From NCBI GenBank assembly GCA_946965045.2, contig OX337238.1:2170001-2234000 (forward strand): a DNA stretch of 64,000 bases. Direction: 5' to 3'. How positions within the stretch are numbered: position 1 is the first letter of the stretch; the number at the start of each line of letters is the position of its first letter. This DNA is from Epithemia pelagica (lineage: Eukaryota; Protista; Bacillariophyta). The notes beneath the pieces were generated by a model. The model saw only the letters and a program-made list of their open reading frames with translations, did no database searches and was not told the origin of the DNA. This document shows, in pieces, positions 12,182 to 23,301 of the stretch. The position numbers and the translations under genes are program-made.

Positions 12182-15100
12182 CTATTGATTTCTTATAGCC
12201 TTGAACATAGATAAGGAACGATCAAGTCGTTCAGTTACCTCCGGTTCACAGTCATTGCGAGTACTCCAACCCAATCCAGTTCCCTCCTCTTCCATTTCTT
12301 CGAGCCTGCAAAACAATTTGTACCGAAGGAAATGGTGCTCTCTTTCCTTACGAGAGGTATCCCATTCTCTTCCGGAAATAATATTCTTCTCACAGATTTC
12401 CTCCAGTGCATGCGATATAACGTCCGTTGTCGCAAGCTTGTTGAGTTCGACAACTTTCATGCCTTTGAGCTTATTCTTTGCGACAAACTTCTCGTCCTTT
12501 CTTGATGTAGCACTGTCATCTTCAACACTGTCATCTTTTTTACTCGATGCCGCATCCCCATCGCTTTGCTCTCCGTCTTCATCTGCATCTTCATCATTCT
12601 CGTTTTCAACTTCTTCTGCATCATCCAGAATGACGTCCTCCACCTGTGTTTCAGGAACTTGAGATTCCGATACCTCGCCGCCATCGTTGTCGTCATCCAC
12701 TACGTCATCCACTGTAGCATCTTCTTCGTTGTCATTATCTTCGTCATTCTCTACGGTCACATCTTGTTCCACCGTCTCATTCGTCTCATTTCCCCCAAAC
12801 TCATTTTCATATTCAATCTCAACAACAGCAATCTCGTCCTCACTGAAAACAGAGTCCTCTCCAACCGACTTATCATCATCTTGTTCTTTCAGAGCCTGTT
12901 CTAAGTCGATTTCTGAATCGTCGTCATTCTTGTTTTCTGTTTCGGACTGGTTCTCCTCGTCGCCAGTCTCTGTCAGACCACCAACCATCCCTGTCGCTTG
13001 CACCATGACATATTCATGAGTACTGTCTGCTTCAACCTTCCCATTCCCACATCGTCTCGTTTTCTGATGTACTTCCAGTGTGGTATGATCCAGTGCCCGC
13101 CAAAACTGGTTGTTGTCTATTGCTATTGTGTGGTCGTGTCGCACTTCATGACATTTCGCCAACAACAGGACCTCTGTTATCAAAATTCGATTCATTCGAC
13201 TCTTTGGGACTGTTGTGGTTTTGTTGCGTTGCCATGGATCGGCCGTAGCACCCGCTTCCATTCCAACTATATCCAGTTTTTCCTTCATGCGCTCCGACAA
13301 CTCAGTCTCACCGTCGGCTCTGTTCCTCCTGTAGTATTCTACAAAATGTTTTGCACGCTGACACGCTGTCAGCATCTTCAACACCTTTATGAAGGCTGCT
13401 TCTGTCCCACTGTGGCTCATGCTTTTGAAGAAAGGCATGAGCCGTTCCATAATCTGGTCCAATGCGCTTTCTTTCGGCACCATGGACGGACCGCTTCCTT
13501 CCTTCTGTCTTTTGGTACGGTTCAAGCGGATTTGTTGCAGGATCGAAATGGGCATTCGGTTGTAGTAAAGCTCAATGAGCCTAAGTTGCGTATTGAAGGA
13601 ATTACTTTTCTTCGTGATATAGAACACAGGAAGAAACTCTACCACAACAGATTCCATTGTCAACGCATCTCCTCGTTGCTCCGCTTCCAAGAAAGTAGAG
13701 TATTTCCGAACGATAAGTAGATAGTTACAGACGTATCGATGCAACCAATCCTTGCTTTCACGGACTTGACGCTCGAGATATGCTCTATATCCCTTTGCCA
13801 AAAATATAGCCAATTCTTCATCTTGTCCATGGTGTAAATAGCCGTCCACCATTTCCTCCGACACAGTCCTGTAGACAAAGATATCTAGCACGATTCTGTC
13901 CACTTCTTCGAATACCAACATTGCCAATCGATGAGCAAGGCGGTAAGTCTTGGACACGTCGGAAGCATTCACTCGCTTCCATTTCAGTCGTACTTGCATG
14001 CATTGTAGGAAACCGCCATAGAAGAGGCGGTAAATCGCATCAAGCATGTGGAAACGAACATGCAAGTCCCCATTGATGGAAACCACTCGATGCACCACCT
14101 GAGATATAGTCATGGCTTGGCGGTATGCGGCTCTGTAGGATGATATAGAAGAGTCGGTGATTGCCATGATGTCATCGAAGAATTGAAACATTCTATCTAT
14201 TGACAAACCATCCCCAACGATGAACAGCCATTTGTCTTCCCAACTACTTCCAAGTCGATACATAGTAGTTCTTGGATCCCACTCCAGAAGGCCATGTAGG
14301 ACCATAAAGTCAATGACAATACCCGTTGCACCGATTTTGGTAGTTTCGTCCAGAACCGACACAGGGAGGATCAGCAATTCCGCGACGGGAGGAATATATC
14401 GCCATGTCCTAACAACACGACGCTGAAATTCTGCCGCCATCTGAAACACATTAGAATCACGATTTTTGCGCAATCGGTGCATCGCCTCACAAATAGCAGT
14501 TCTTGCATGATTGAGAGCGAACTCTGGTGGTTGCAGAGTATAATCCACCTTATATCCCTTTCGTTGCTTTGTTGACATGTACCGTTTGATTGCTCGTAAC
14601 TCACTGCACCAACCGACTATCTGCTGGTGTGTTCTCACCCGAACCCCCGAACAATCAAACGGATTTCCTTCTTGTTCAAGGTCGTCGGGGTAAGTGCCCA
14701 GGAAAACAGATCTCAGGACATCAGCCAAGTTTAAATCCTTCGTCGTTTCCAATGCCGGCATTTGATACGACGCCGGTATAGCTTGTTGGATATACGTGAG
14801 CTTCGGTCTTTTGAGGTAGGAATACACCCACGTTGGGTAACGGGAAAGATACATCGACATGACAAAACGTGCTGTCACGCGAGTGAAAACAGAACTCTGT
14901 CCCTGCTGAAATTGCAGGAGACGTCCGTCTTGAAGATTATCAAACACGCAAAGGAGGCTTGTAACATTGCGGAGTGCCATCTTGACGCGATTGTCGTACG
15001 ACTGCAACCATGGCTCAAGTCGTCGTTCCATGGTGCGCTTCGACACTGATATTCCCAGCCATATTGGGATTTGTGTCGCAAGCAATGGATGGCCACACGC

Positions 15101-17328
15101 ATATTGTGCCATGGCAAAGAGCATCCCAAAAGGCACAAGCATGTGGTTATTATGCTTACGGGCTCGGATTATAAACTGGAATAGGACATCTAGGGTGAAT
15201 CTTGCACGTAGAAAATCAGGGGTTGTAGGAGAAGCCAGCTCCAACTTTCGGTTGTAACCACTGATTGCCATCAAAGTATTGAATTGTTGCGGAAGCATGT
15301 TTTCAAATTCAACAGCAAGGCGTCGAATTTCTAATTCTGACAGAAACTTCTTGAATAGGTGATTAAACCTCCCGAAACAATCCTCCATGCGTTTCCAGAG
15401 AGTCTCATCCAGCAGCTTACAGAATTTCTGGAGTTGCTTCAGATTGTGGTCGATTATAGGAAGGGGGTCAGCTGCAACCTTCGCCTCAGCCTCTTGTAGC
15501 TTCAGATTGACTTCAATAAATTCATCACGGGCTTTACGGACACCTGGGTTCAAGCGCAAGCGCTCCCACACATGGCGCAACTCTGATAGAACGTATCGAT
15601 CACCTGGAGTCTCTTGTATAATTCTATGTAACAATGTGAGTCTGTCCCCTCCTTCTTCTTTCAAGCGGCTGAAAATGCTAGCCCAATTACGTTTAGGATG
15701 GTAGTCAGCCTGAATAAATATGGACTGTGGAAATGTAAAGATCTCGAACCACGACAATAGCTGTTCGTAGCACTCCAAAGGGGGAGAAGTGATGTTATAA
15801 TTGGATGGGGAAAACATTGGAAACTTGAGGTAGACACCGTTCTGTGAGTGTTCATTCATAGCCTGAACATGGGCCTTATAAGCTTTGTCTTCTTCAATTT
15901 TCTCTTTGGCGGCCTTGTTGTTGTGGACCCAACCACATAGCTGTTTGTACGACCGTCCGTCAAACATAACAGTTGGGATGTAGTTACATTGCTAAGTGTC
16001 TTTCCACACTTTCGTCCAACGTTTGGAATGCCGAGGGGGAAGCATGTCATCGTTGAAAAACATAATAATGGCTTGGTCTTCTTGGAGGAACCAAATATCT
16101 TCGATAAACAGTGTCCGCATGGCAAAGGAACTGACCATTTGCAGATTTTGAGGCCCTGTAGATGACGAGGGCGATGGTGCCGCGTCGTGAGCACTAAGCC
16201 TGCGCTTCTTTGCTTTGTGGTATCGTTGTTGTTTGTGTGTCCCCGTCGGAGACCGAGTAACGCCCCGTGTGAAATTCTTGGCTTTACGCATCATGGGTCC
16301 ACAGAAATTCGACACCAAATTCAAAGCTTTTGCGGTCCTCTTGTCGGGAGTTTGTGTAATAATCACCATTGGTGGGTTTTTGGTTAGTGCTTCACCAACG
16401 TCGAGGCAGGGAAGCTGGGGATGGCGCCGAATGGGAACCAGGAACGATCCCTCTTTTATTTTTTCAGTTGCAGTTTCAAATTTGGGTGGAGAGTGGCTGG
16501 TGGAGCAATTGGGTCCGGTTGCTGTAAAAGTTCCAAGGAAGTAGATGAAGAATCACTATCATCAGGATTGACGGCAGGAGGAGACGGCGAGGCAACAGCG
16601 GTCGGGACGGAATACGAACTGGATGCCTCGTTTTGGTTGTTGGGGGCTTCGTTGGTTGGGTGGTTAGTTGTACTATTCGTCACATTCGTTTCTTGTACAG
16701 GTACCACTTCTGGGGAATTATTCGCAGCCTCGATCATGCCCAAAAGGTTAAAGGATTTCGTCGGGGAAGATTGGGTGCCAAATTGCACGTGACCGAATGA
16801 GTCGCGGCAATGCAGAAGGTGAAAAGACGCCGCCGAAATCTTCGTTGTTTGCTGAGCGGAAAAATTGGTTGATTCTTGGTTTTGATTTTGATAGCAGGGA
16901 GAAGGTTCAGGCGGAGGCATGGACTGAAAACGAGTCAATTGGAAAGGTGCGGGAGCAATGGCATGCTGAAAGCGTGGCGTCGTCGATGGGGCCGTCGATA
17001 GGGAGCTTGTTGCCGCAGCACTATCCATGAACGTAGTAGACGGCTCTGACAGATTGCTCGGGGGAGGTTTCGTCCGTTGTTGGGCTCGCAGCGCTTGAGG
17101 CGTCGTGTAAGGACGGAATGGGACCGGTTCACGCATAGAAGAGGCTTCTGGTGGCAATGACGAACTGTCGTGGGGAGACGACGTTGCGTTGTTGGTTTCG
17201 GCGATGTTGTTGTCGACGACTTGTGTTGTAGGAAGGGACAACCGTAAAGAGGTATGGTGATTTGAAAACCTTGCCTTGGCATCTTTTTGAGAGAGTCGTT
17301 TGCGTTTGTGGGAGGAAGACGACGACAT
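12182..17328 (-). pseudogene. Academ-type transposase; main ORF 12182-15967 extends upstream through a TAG (15992-15994) and a frame change near 16460-16550
   Basis: Motifs VFDNLQ, IVGDGLS, GDLHVRFH, WKRVN and ALDQIMERL resemble the D/D/H/E pattern of Academ/DUF6589-type transposases. ORF 15992-16369 is in frame with 12182-15967. The C-terminal tail is long and acidic. Confidence 0.7.
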
Positions 17329-17397
17329 TGGATGCGATATAGGGCTACTGCACCTCCACCACTGTGATGAATGAGGGGATTATACATGTGGTGTTTG

Positions 17398-17632
17398 GAG
17401 TTTTGTATCACCCTCGAGAGCTGGGTGGCCGCGCCATGGGGGTGAGTATACGATTCGCCAGAATACACGACACATGTGCGACTACATACTCACCCCTGCT
17501 TGGGGGTATATGAAGCCCTGAAAAAGTCAAATGAAAGACTTTCGGATAGCTTTTTGATTTTTGAGAGACGTTCGGAGTTTTAGGGTAGCTTTTTGAGAGA
17601 CTTTCGGGAAAACTTTTGATCAACGTACACTA
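17398..17632 (-). repeat. Right imperfect TIR of the Academ-like element
   Basis: Reverse complement of 9700-9900, with extra copies of a GAGAGAC(T/G)TTCGG sub-repeat. Confidence 0.85.
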
Positions 17633-18548
17633 CTATAATATAATGAACCCAACCAGCAACGAATTGTGGGCACAATACTACTTACTACTTACTTGCTACT
17701 CGTATACGTAAATGTAGAGATTATTTACATTTTAGTCTTGGTTCACGGCTAAGTACGACATTGCAATACGACTATCTAGCATTTCTAATTCTGTCCATGT
17801 TTTTTGCCGTGATTGTCGCTAAATTTTCGCTAATCATTAGCGATCATCCTAGCCGATCGCTAGCAACACAACATCTCCTTGCTTAGTTTCCATGCCTGAC
17901 ATTGTCATAATTTCCGTTTACTTGGAAAGCATGTCGAAGGTCGAAGACTATAATATTATTATTTTCTTTAACACATTCAGTTTTTAGTATCCACGCTAAT
18001 TCTGATATATCTGGTTGAAACTTGGGGCACAGTGTGGAGGAGGGATAACCGTGAGTTGGTACGGTGGTAGTGCTAAGGTCCAAGGGAGAAATCACTCCGA
18101 CTAGGTGTCCGCTTCTTAGCCACCCAGCCGCTCTCCGCGACCAACGATTTTCATTTTGTTTTTTTTGCGTTTTAGAAGAAAATTTCTGGTCAAAATGAAA
18201 ATGATCACGCCGGCCTTCTGGATCACCCTTTCGAAATTTTGTGAGCAGGCGTGCGCACTTTGACCGTTGGTCTTCCCCATTCTTGATTGTCGTCCCAAGT
18301 TTCGACCCACATTATTCGACTGAGTTCAGAATGAACGTGTCGGGTAAGCCGGCAGGCTAAGGCTAAGGGGGTCTGGGGGTGGAAAAACATTAAAGACTAG
18401 AAAAAATTTTTTTAGCTCAAGAGTCGAAATTCAGTAGTTTACACCAAAACCTTCCCACGTTAGGCAAAAAACGCCGGGCCAACCCCTATTCAAAACCATC
18501 CAGCCCCGAAGAAAAAGAATGATCGAAGAACGGTCATCCATTGTTTTA

Positions 18549-19154
18549 AGGGCTGGGTAAGCCGATCCATGTTCGGCTAAGTAGGCTCAGTACATTAAGC
18601 TACGTAGAGTACATAAAATCAGATAGTACACGTCACGCCGGAAATGGTCGGAATTTCAAAAAAATGCAAAAACGCTCGACAATGATGGCGAGATCCGGTG
18701 ACGCCGTATGCATTCACCCATGCATCGCATAAACATCCAACCACCGTAAGTCCTTTGCCTTTACCTTTGAAATTGTTGTCTGAAATTACAGAAGATTTGC
18801 CAAGTTGGCTGAAAAGGTACGCTCATTTTTCTGCAGTGATGAAATCGAACGACCGCCCTAACTCATTCATTTTTCAAGGGTGCCTGAATCAAAGTGAAAG
18901 CAAAGTTGCTCTAGTAGTAAAGATTCTTATTGTAAAAGTGATTCAGGCAGGCTCAATTATTGAGGAAGTTATGGCCATGGGGGTGACGGCTTCCACCATT
19001 GTCGAGTGATGGCTTCCAATTTGCATTGTTTCTCGTGGCAGCAAGTTTTCAATTTGAGACCATCCGCCCCACTTGTTACACTGATGAAAATAGTACTACG
19101 TAGATTAATGTACTGAGCCTACTTAGCCGAACATGGATCGGCTTACCCAGCCCT
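18549..19154. mobile_element. MITE, ~606 bp, with ~70-bp TIRs and flanking TA
   Basis: AGGGCTGGGTAAGCCGATCCATGTTCGGCTAAGTAGGCTCAGTACATTAA at 18549 is reverse-complemented at the end (19154). TA lies on both sides. No convincing coding content. Confidence 0.9.
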
Positions 19155-19324
19155 TATCATTCCATTAAATAAAAACCATTTCACCACGCTGTTCCACGTC
19201 AGAATCACGCCCAACGAACCAACCCACGAAACATCTCCCCGCGCCCTCTAGGCAGAGTAGCAACAATGTCACTAACACCTAGCCAAACATAGAAGCTGAA
19301 GACCCAGACTTGTGCTATCTCTCA

Positions 19325-21511
19325 GTAGCTAGGATTGAGTACAATAGGTCCCACGCATCTATTAGGTTCTTACTTGATTGCATCAAGTATCATCCATGTC
19401 GACTCCAGTTTGGTTGCCATCATAGCTACCCCTAGTATCTCTGGAGTCCAAGTCGACTCCATTGGAATAACGCAAAAATACAACTGCAGTAGTATTCTTC
19501 TTGACTGGGTCTCGAATCGCGTACTATTTTAGCGCATGCAGGAGTATGCATCAGTCCAGTCAGTCCCATCAGGAGTATGTCTTCGTACTTCATAGTGTGC
19601 CTCTAGCTTATAGTTGCGAGAGTATGCCATACAACTAGAAGTTGCCCTTTCAGTTGCGCAAACCATGCCAAAAATACAACTCTGCACTATGAAAGTAAGT
19701 GTACTTCATGACTGAAATACAACTTTTCTCACATTTTTCATTTCACGTACACCTTCGGCCCTTGTGGTGGCAATCCAAAATCCTACAACAGCAACAGCAA
19801 CAGCAACAACCATCCACAAGAGTCGTCGTCGTGATCGTATTCGTTGGTCTCCGACAAGGCACTGCTCCTGCATTCCCGCATCTATCAAGTCTTTATGGCG
19901 CAACAACAAGACCAACCACCAGACCAGGTGGCAGCCGAAAGAGCAACAAGGGCTCCTCCTCCTGCCCGAAAACCTGCGACAGTCGAGTGTCGGGAATACA
20001 GTTGGTCGGCGTAATGGGCCACCTTGAGCCTTGTCACAAGAAGCACCCATCGCCATGATGACGATGTCGACATCACAGCACCATCATCAACAAGACAACA
20101 ACGACAAGTCGTTGTGCGCACGCAATTGCTCGAGGCCACAAACCAAACGAGCTTCCCGTTCAACCATGTTCTCTACACGGGACGGTTGAGGTAATAACAA
20201 GCCAGGTCGCCGTACACACCACACAAAAGTGGTGGTGGTGGACTCTCCATTCAGTCATCCTTATTGGAAAGGGAGCAACAAACGAAGGAACGAGAGTATT
20301 GTTGTTGGTTGTCGTCTCAAGGTAGAATTTAATCTCACGAGCATGTCCATAAAAAAGAATCACCAAAACACTCCATGTTCGTCCTTAGGGGACACTTTGA
20401 ATCATTCTGCACTCGGACACTGCCCGTACTACCTAGGTAGGAGTAATAGGTTGGTAGAATAGACCCAAGAGATCCAAAAGAGTCATACCATCCGCCTCTT
20501 TAGTCCATAGAGAACGGTTTTTTTGTCCAATTTCACGGTCGCACTGAAACGGAGGGTATCTAGATACCTTTCTCCCGGACGATACATTCTGTGGATGGTC
20601 GAGGGGCGAGAATTGCGGTCTTCTCTTCTACTCCTATGAATGAATGATGGACGACACCCAGTGTAGTGAATTTGAGTGCGTGTATGTGCTGCTACTACAG
20701 GAGTCTCTTAGTGGACAGATATCGGGTGGAGGAAGGGCTATTTTGGCAAATGTTTGCTGCCATGTTCGGAGATTCAAACAACGGCTTCTCCTGTCCACGA
20801 CCGTGACGGCTGGATCCTGATGGTACGATAGATTGGTAGAGAGAAGGAGACTATGGCACCATGTTTGGGCACCTGGAGAGGCTCATACAGAATCGCCAAG
20901 GAGATTTTATTCCGCTCTACATACAGAGGTGTTGGAGTAAATTGGAAAAGAAGACAGATAAGGTAGCAAAGGTATCGTCTTTTGGATGCCCACCTACTAT
21001 GGCGTATAAAGTATCGTAGGAATGTACCAGAAGCTATGTAGTTGCACTCCCCGTTGTATTTTGTTCGGATACTAAGGGAGTATCCATCGCAAATTGGATC
21101 TGAGTCTTGGATTCAGTCATGAATGACATAGTCGTCTGCCCATCATCCGATTCACATCCGGGTTGTTGTATGAGTAGTGAGTAGCTATGCTATCTAGTAG
21201 ACCGCTAGCTACACTCAGAAGAGGGCGGAGTAGATCCGGACCTAGATTCTGGTGATTGTCACCGATTGGTTTTGGTAGGAAAGCAGCAATCTCTTGGTAG
21301 CTAGGATTGAGTACAATAGGTCCCACGCATCTATTAGGTTCCTACTTGATTGCATCAAGTATGATCCATGTTGACTCCAGTTTGGTTGCCATCATAGCTA
21401 CCCCTAGTATCTCTGGAGTCCAAGTCGACTCCATTGTGGAGTATCCATCGCAAATTGGATCTGAGTCTTGGATTCAGTCATGAATGACATAGTCGTCTGC
21501 CCATCATCCGA
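19325..21511 (+). repeat. Dispersed direct repeats: 19325-19464 = 21297-21436 (140 bp) and 21077-21150 = 21438-21511 (74 bp)
   Basis: Direct sequence comparison. The 140-bp pair differs at a few bases and the 74-bp pair looks identical. Confidence 0.9.
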
Positions 21512-22957
21512 AGCAAATGAATCAACTTTGGTGGCCGGCAACTTTCAATCATTACAATTTAAATTACACATAGTAACGTTCATGTTCAACATCGGGGGTG
21601 TAAAAAAGTTGGATGAACTAGAATCCAGAAAGGCTATGCTTCGAAGCGCAGCCTTAACCCTAACTACAATACCCATCATGTGGTATCTCTTGTTTCTCCT
21701 CTTTGATTCACTCCCTTCTTATGTGAGCCATTGCTATAGAAAGGCTTGAACGTGAGGAGTGAGGAATCTGGGGGTAACCCTATAGTTGGTCAAGAGCCTA
21801 CAGATAAAAATTGAGGGAGCGATGTACGCTGAAGTTAAATGGGGGGTCCAGGGCTATGGGGGGTCTGGAATTTGCAAATTACGGGTTGGCAGCCCATAAA
21901 TGAAGTCAACTCAGCTTTTAACTTTGAAGTCAGTTCTTGGTTCTGCGGTAAGCAGTAAGCAGTCACGCAACTTCAGCGCTGGAGATCCAGCGCTAGAGAA
22001 TCCCCAGCAAAGATTTTCTGTTGCGTGTATACGTTAGTCACCGTACTCTTTTCTCTGCACCGGTCACTTCTATCCTTTCTCATTTGTTTGTTTCATACTG
22101 GTCACTCTGTGTCATTCATTTGCTCCACACAGCCTTCCAAAGTGTCTGATTGCAATAACAATGATGACTCTTCAACTGTGGAAGAGTGCAATATGGATAG
22201 CAGTCTGAAGCACACCCCCAAAATGAAGGTTCTGTAAGAGGACACCTATCAGTGTATTCTTGAAAGGAGAGAATATTGACATGGCAACAAAACAAAAAGA
22301 TTCTGCTGGAGACAAGCAACTATTCCACCACTGGAAAGGAAAGCTCTCACCAAGATAAGTGCTCTAGCTACTAGGAGTACTAACCTAGCTAGGCATTTTT
22401 ATCATGGTAGCACAGGTAGTCTTATCTCCAGCGGATGCGCATACCTAGTTCCAGCAGAGACCTCTCCAGCGCACTCCAGCAGAGATGAGCTGTTGCGGGA
22501 CCGACCTCTACTAGAGATCTTGGAACACACAAACTCAACAAATTCTTGAAAAAGGAACAATTCAACTGCCACAAAAGTTCTGCAAATTGACTTTTTACTT
22601 TTTCAGAAAGAAAAGTCGACTTAAAGTCAGAAGTCAGAAACTAAGATATATTATTGACTTCCACGATTCGAGATACAAGTAATGGTAGAAGTCGCAGCAC
22701 ACGCTGACGTTGGAAGGTCATAGTTCAGAACTTGACTTCATGAAAAACGTTAAGTCAAAGTTGAAAATGTGGTGCTGTCCAACTTGATTTCACTGAGAAA
22801 AGAGAAAAGTCATGGGATCTCGGCTGGAAATGAACTTGACTTTCATGAAAAAAGTTAAAAGTTGTTAATTTAAGCTTAAAAGTGTAAAACAGTCAAGTAG
22901 AACTTCAACACTCAACTGCGTTTTGCGTGATCACTGAACTCAGCCGTTCCATCCCGA

Positions 22958-23173
22958 TGCGGTACCCCTATATGGATCCCGCCATACGTGTCGCCACGTT
23001 CCATTCCCGGTTCGCGTTCTTGACACTGCGACATGAGTCTTCCGCCACCTGGCTGTTCCTCCTTCAGTCATTTCTCGTCGCACGTGGCACTGTGGATTCC
23101 TCATTCCTCCTAATTCCTCGTAATTCCTAAAGATCACAATTTTTTTACCGTGCTAATTTACATGGGTATGGCA
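22958..23173 (+). repeat. Gypsy 5' LTR
   Basis: Matches 28452-28668 except for about one substitution and a small difference in the T run. Confidence 0.95.
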
Positions 23174-23301
23174 CTCTGATCAGAAGCTCGAAAACTTCCC
23201 CCAACACTCTTTCACCATAACCACCTGCCGTTCTTTGGCCGATCCTCGTTGATCTTATCATCCTTTGATTCCTTTCCTTTTCTTTCTTTTGCAGTCTCAT
23301 C

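Larger units (their letters stand above)
9700..17632. mobile_element. Academ (AcademH-like) DNA transposon: RecQ-like helicase plus convergent transposase between imperfect TIRs
   Basis: Inverted repeats at ~9700-9900 and 17398-17632 enclose a + strand SF2 helicase and a - strand DDE-like transposase. Outer ends are approximate (CAGTGT.../...ACACTA). No target duplication was found. Confidence 0.75.

Noticed and set aside
18028-18034. CACAGTG (RSS heptamer) as a terminus of the RAG1-like element
   Set aside because: There is no nonamer-like sequence at 12/23 bp and no inverted partner near 35300-35800. A 7-mer is expected by chance.
19699-20462. Overlapping short ORFs with Gln/Thr runs as a gene
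   Set aside because: They are driven by CAA/CAG microsatellites, with no consistent frame or domain.
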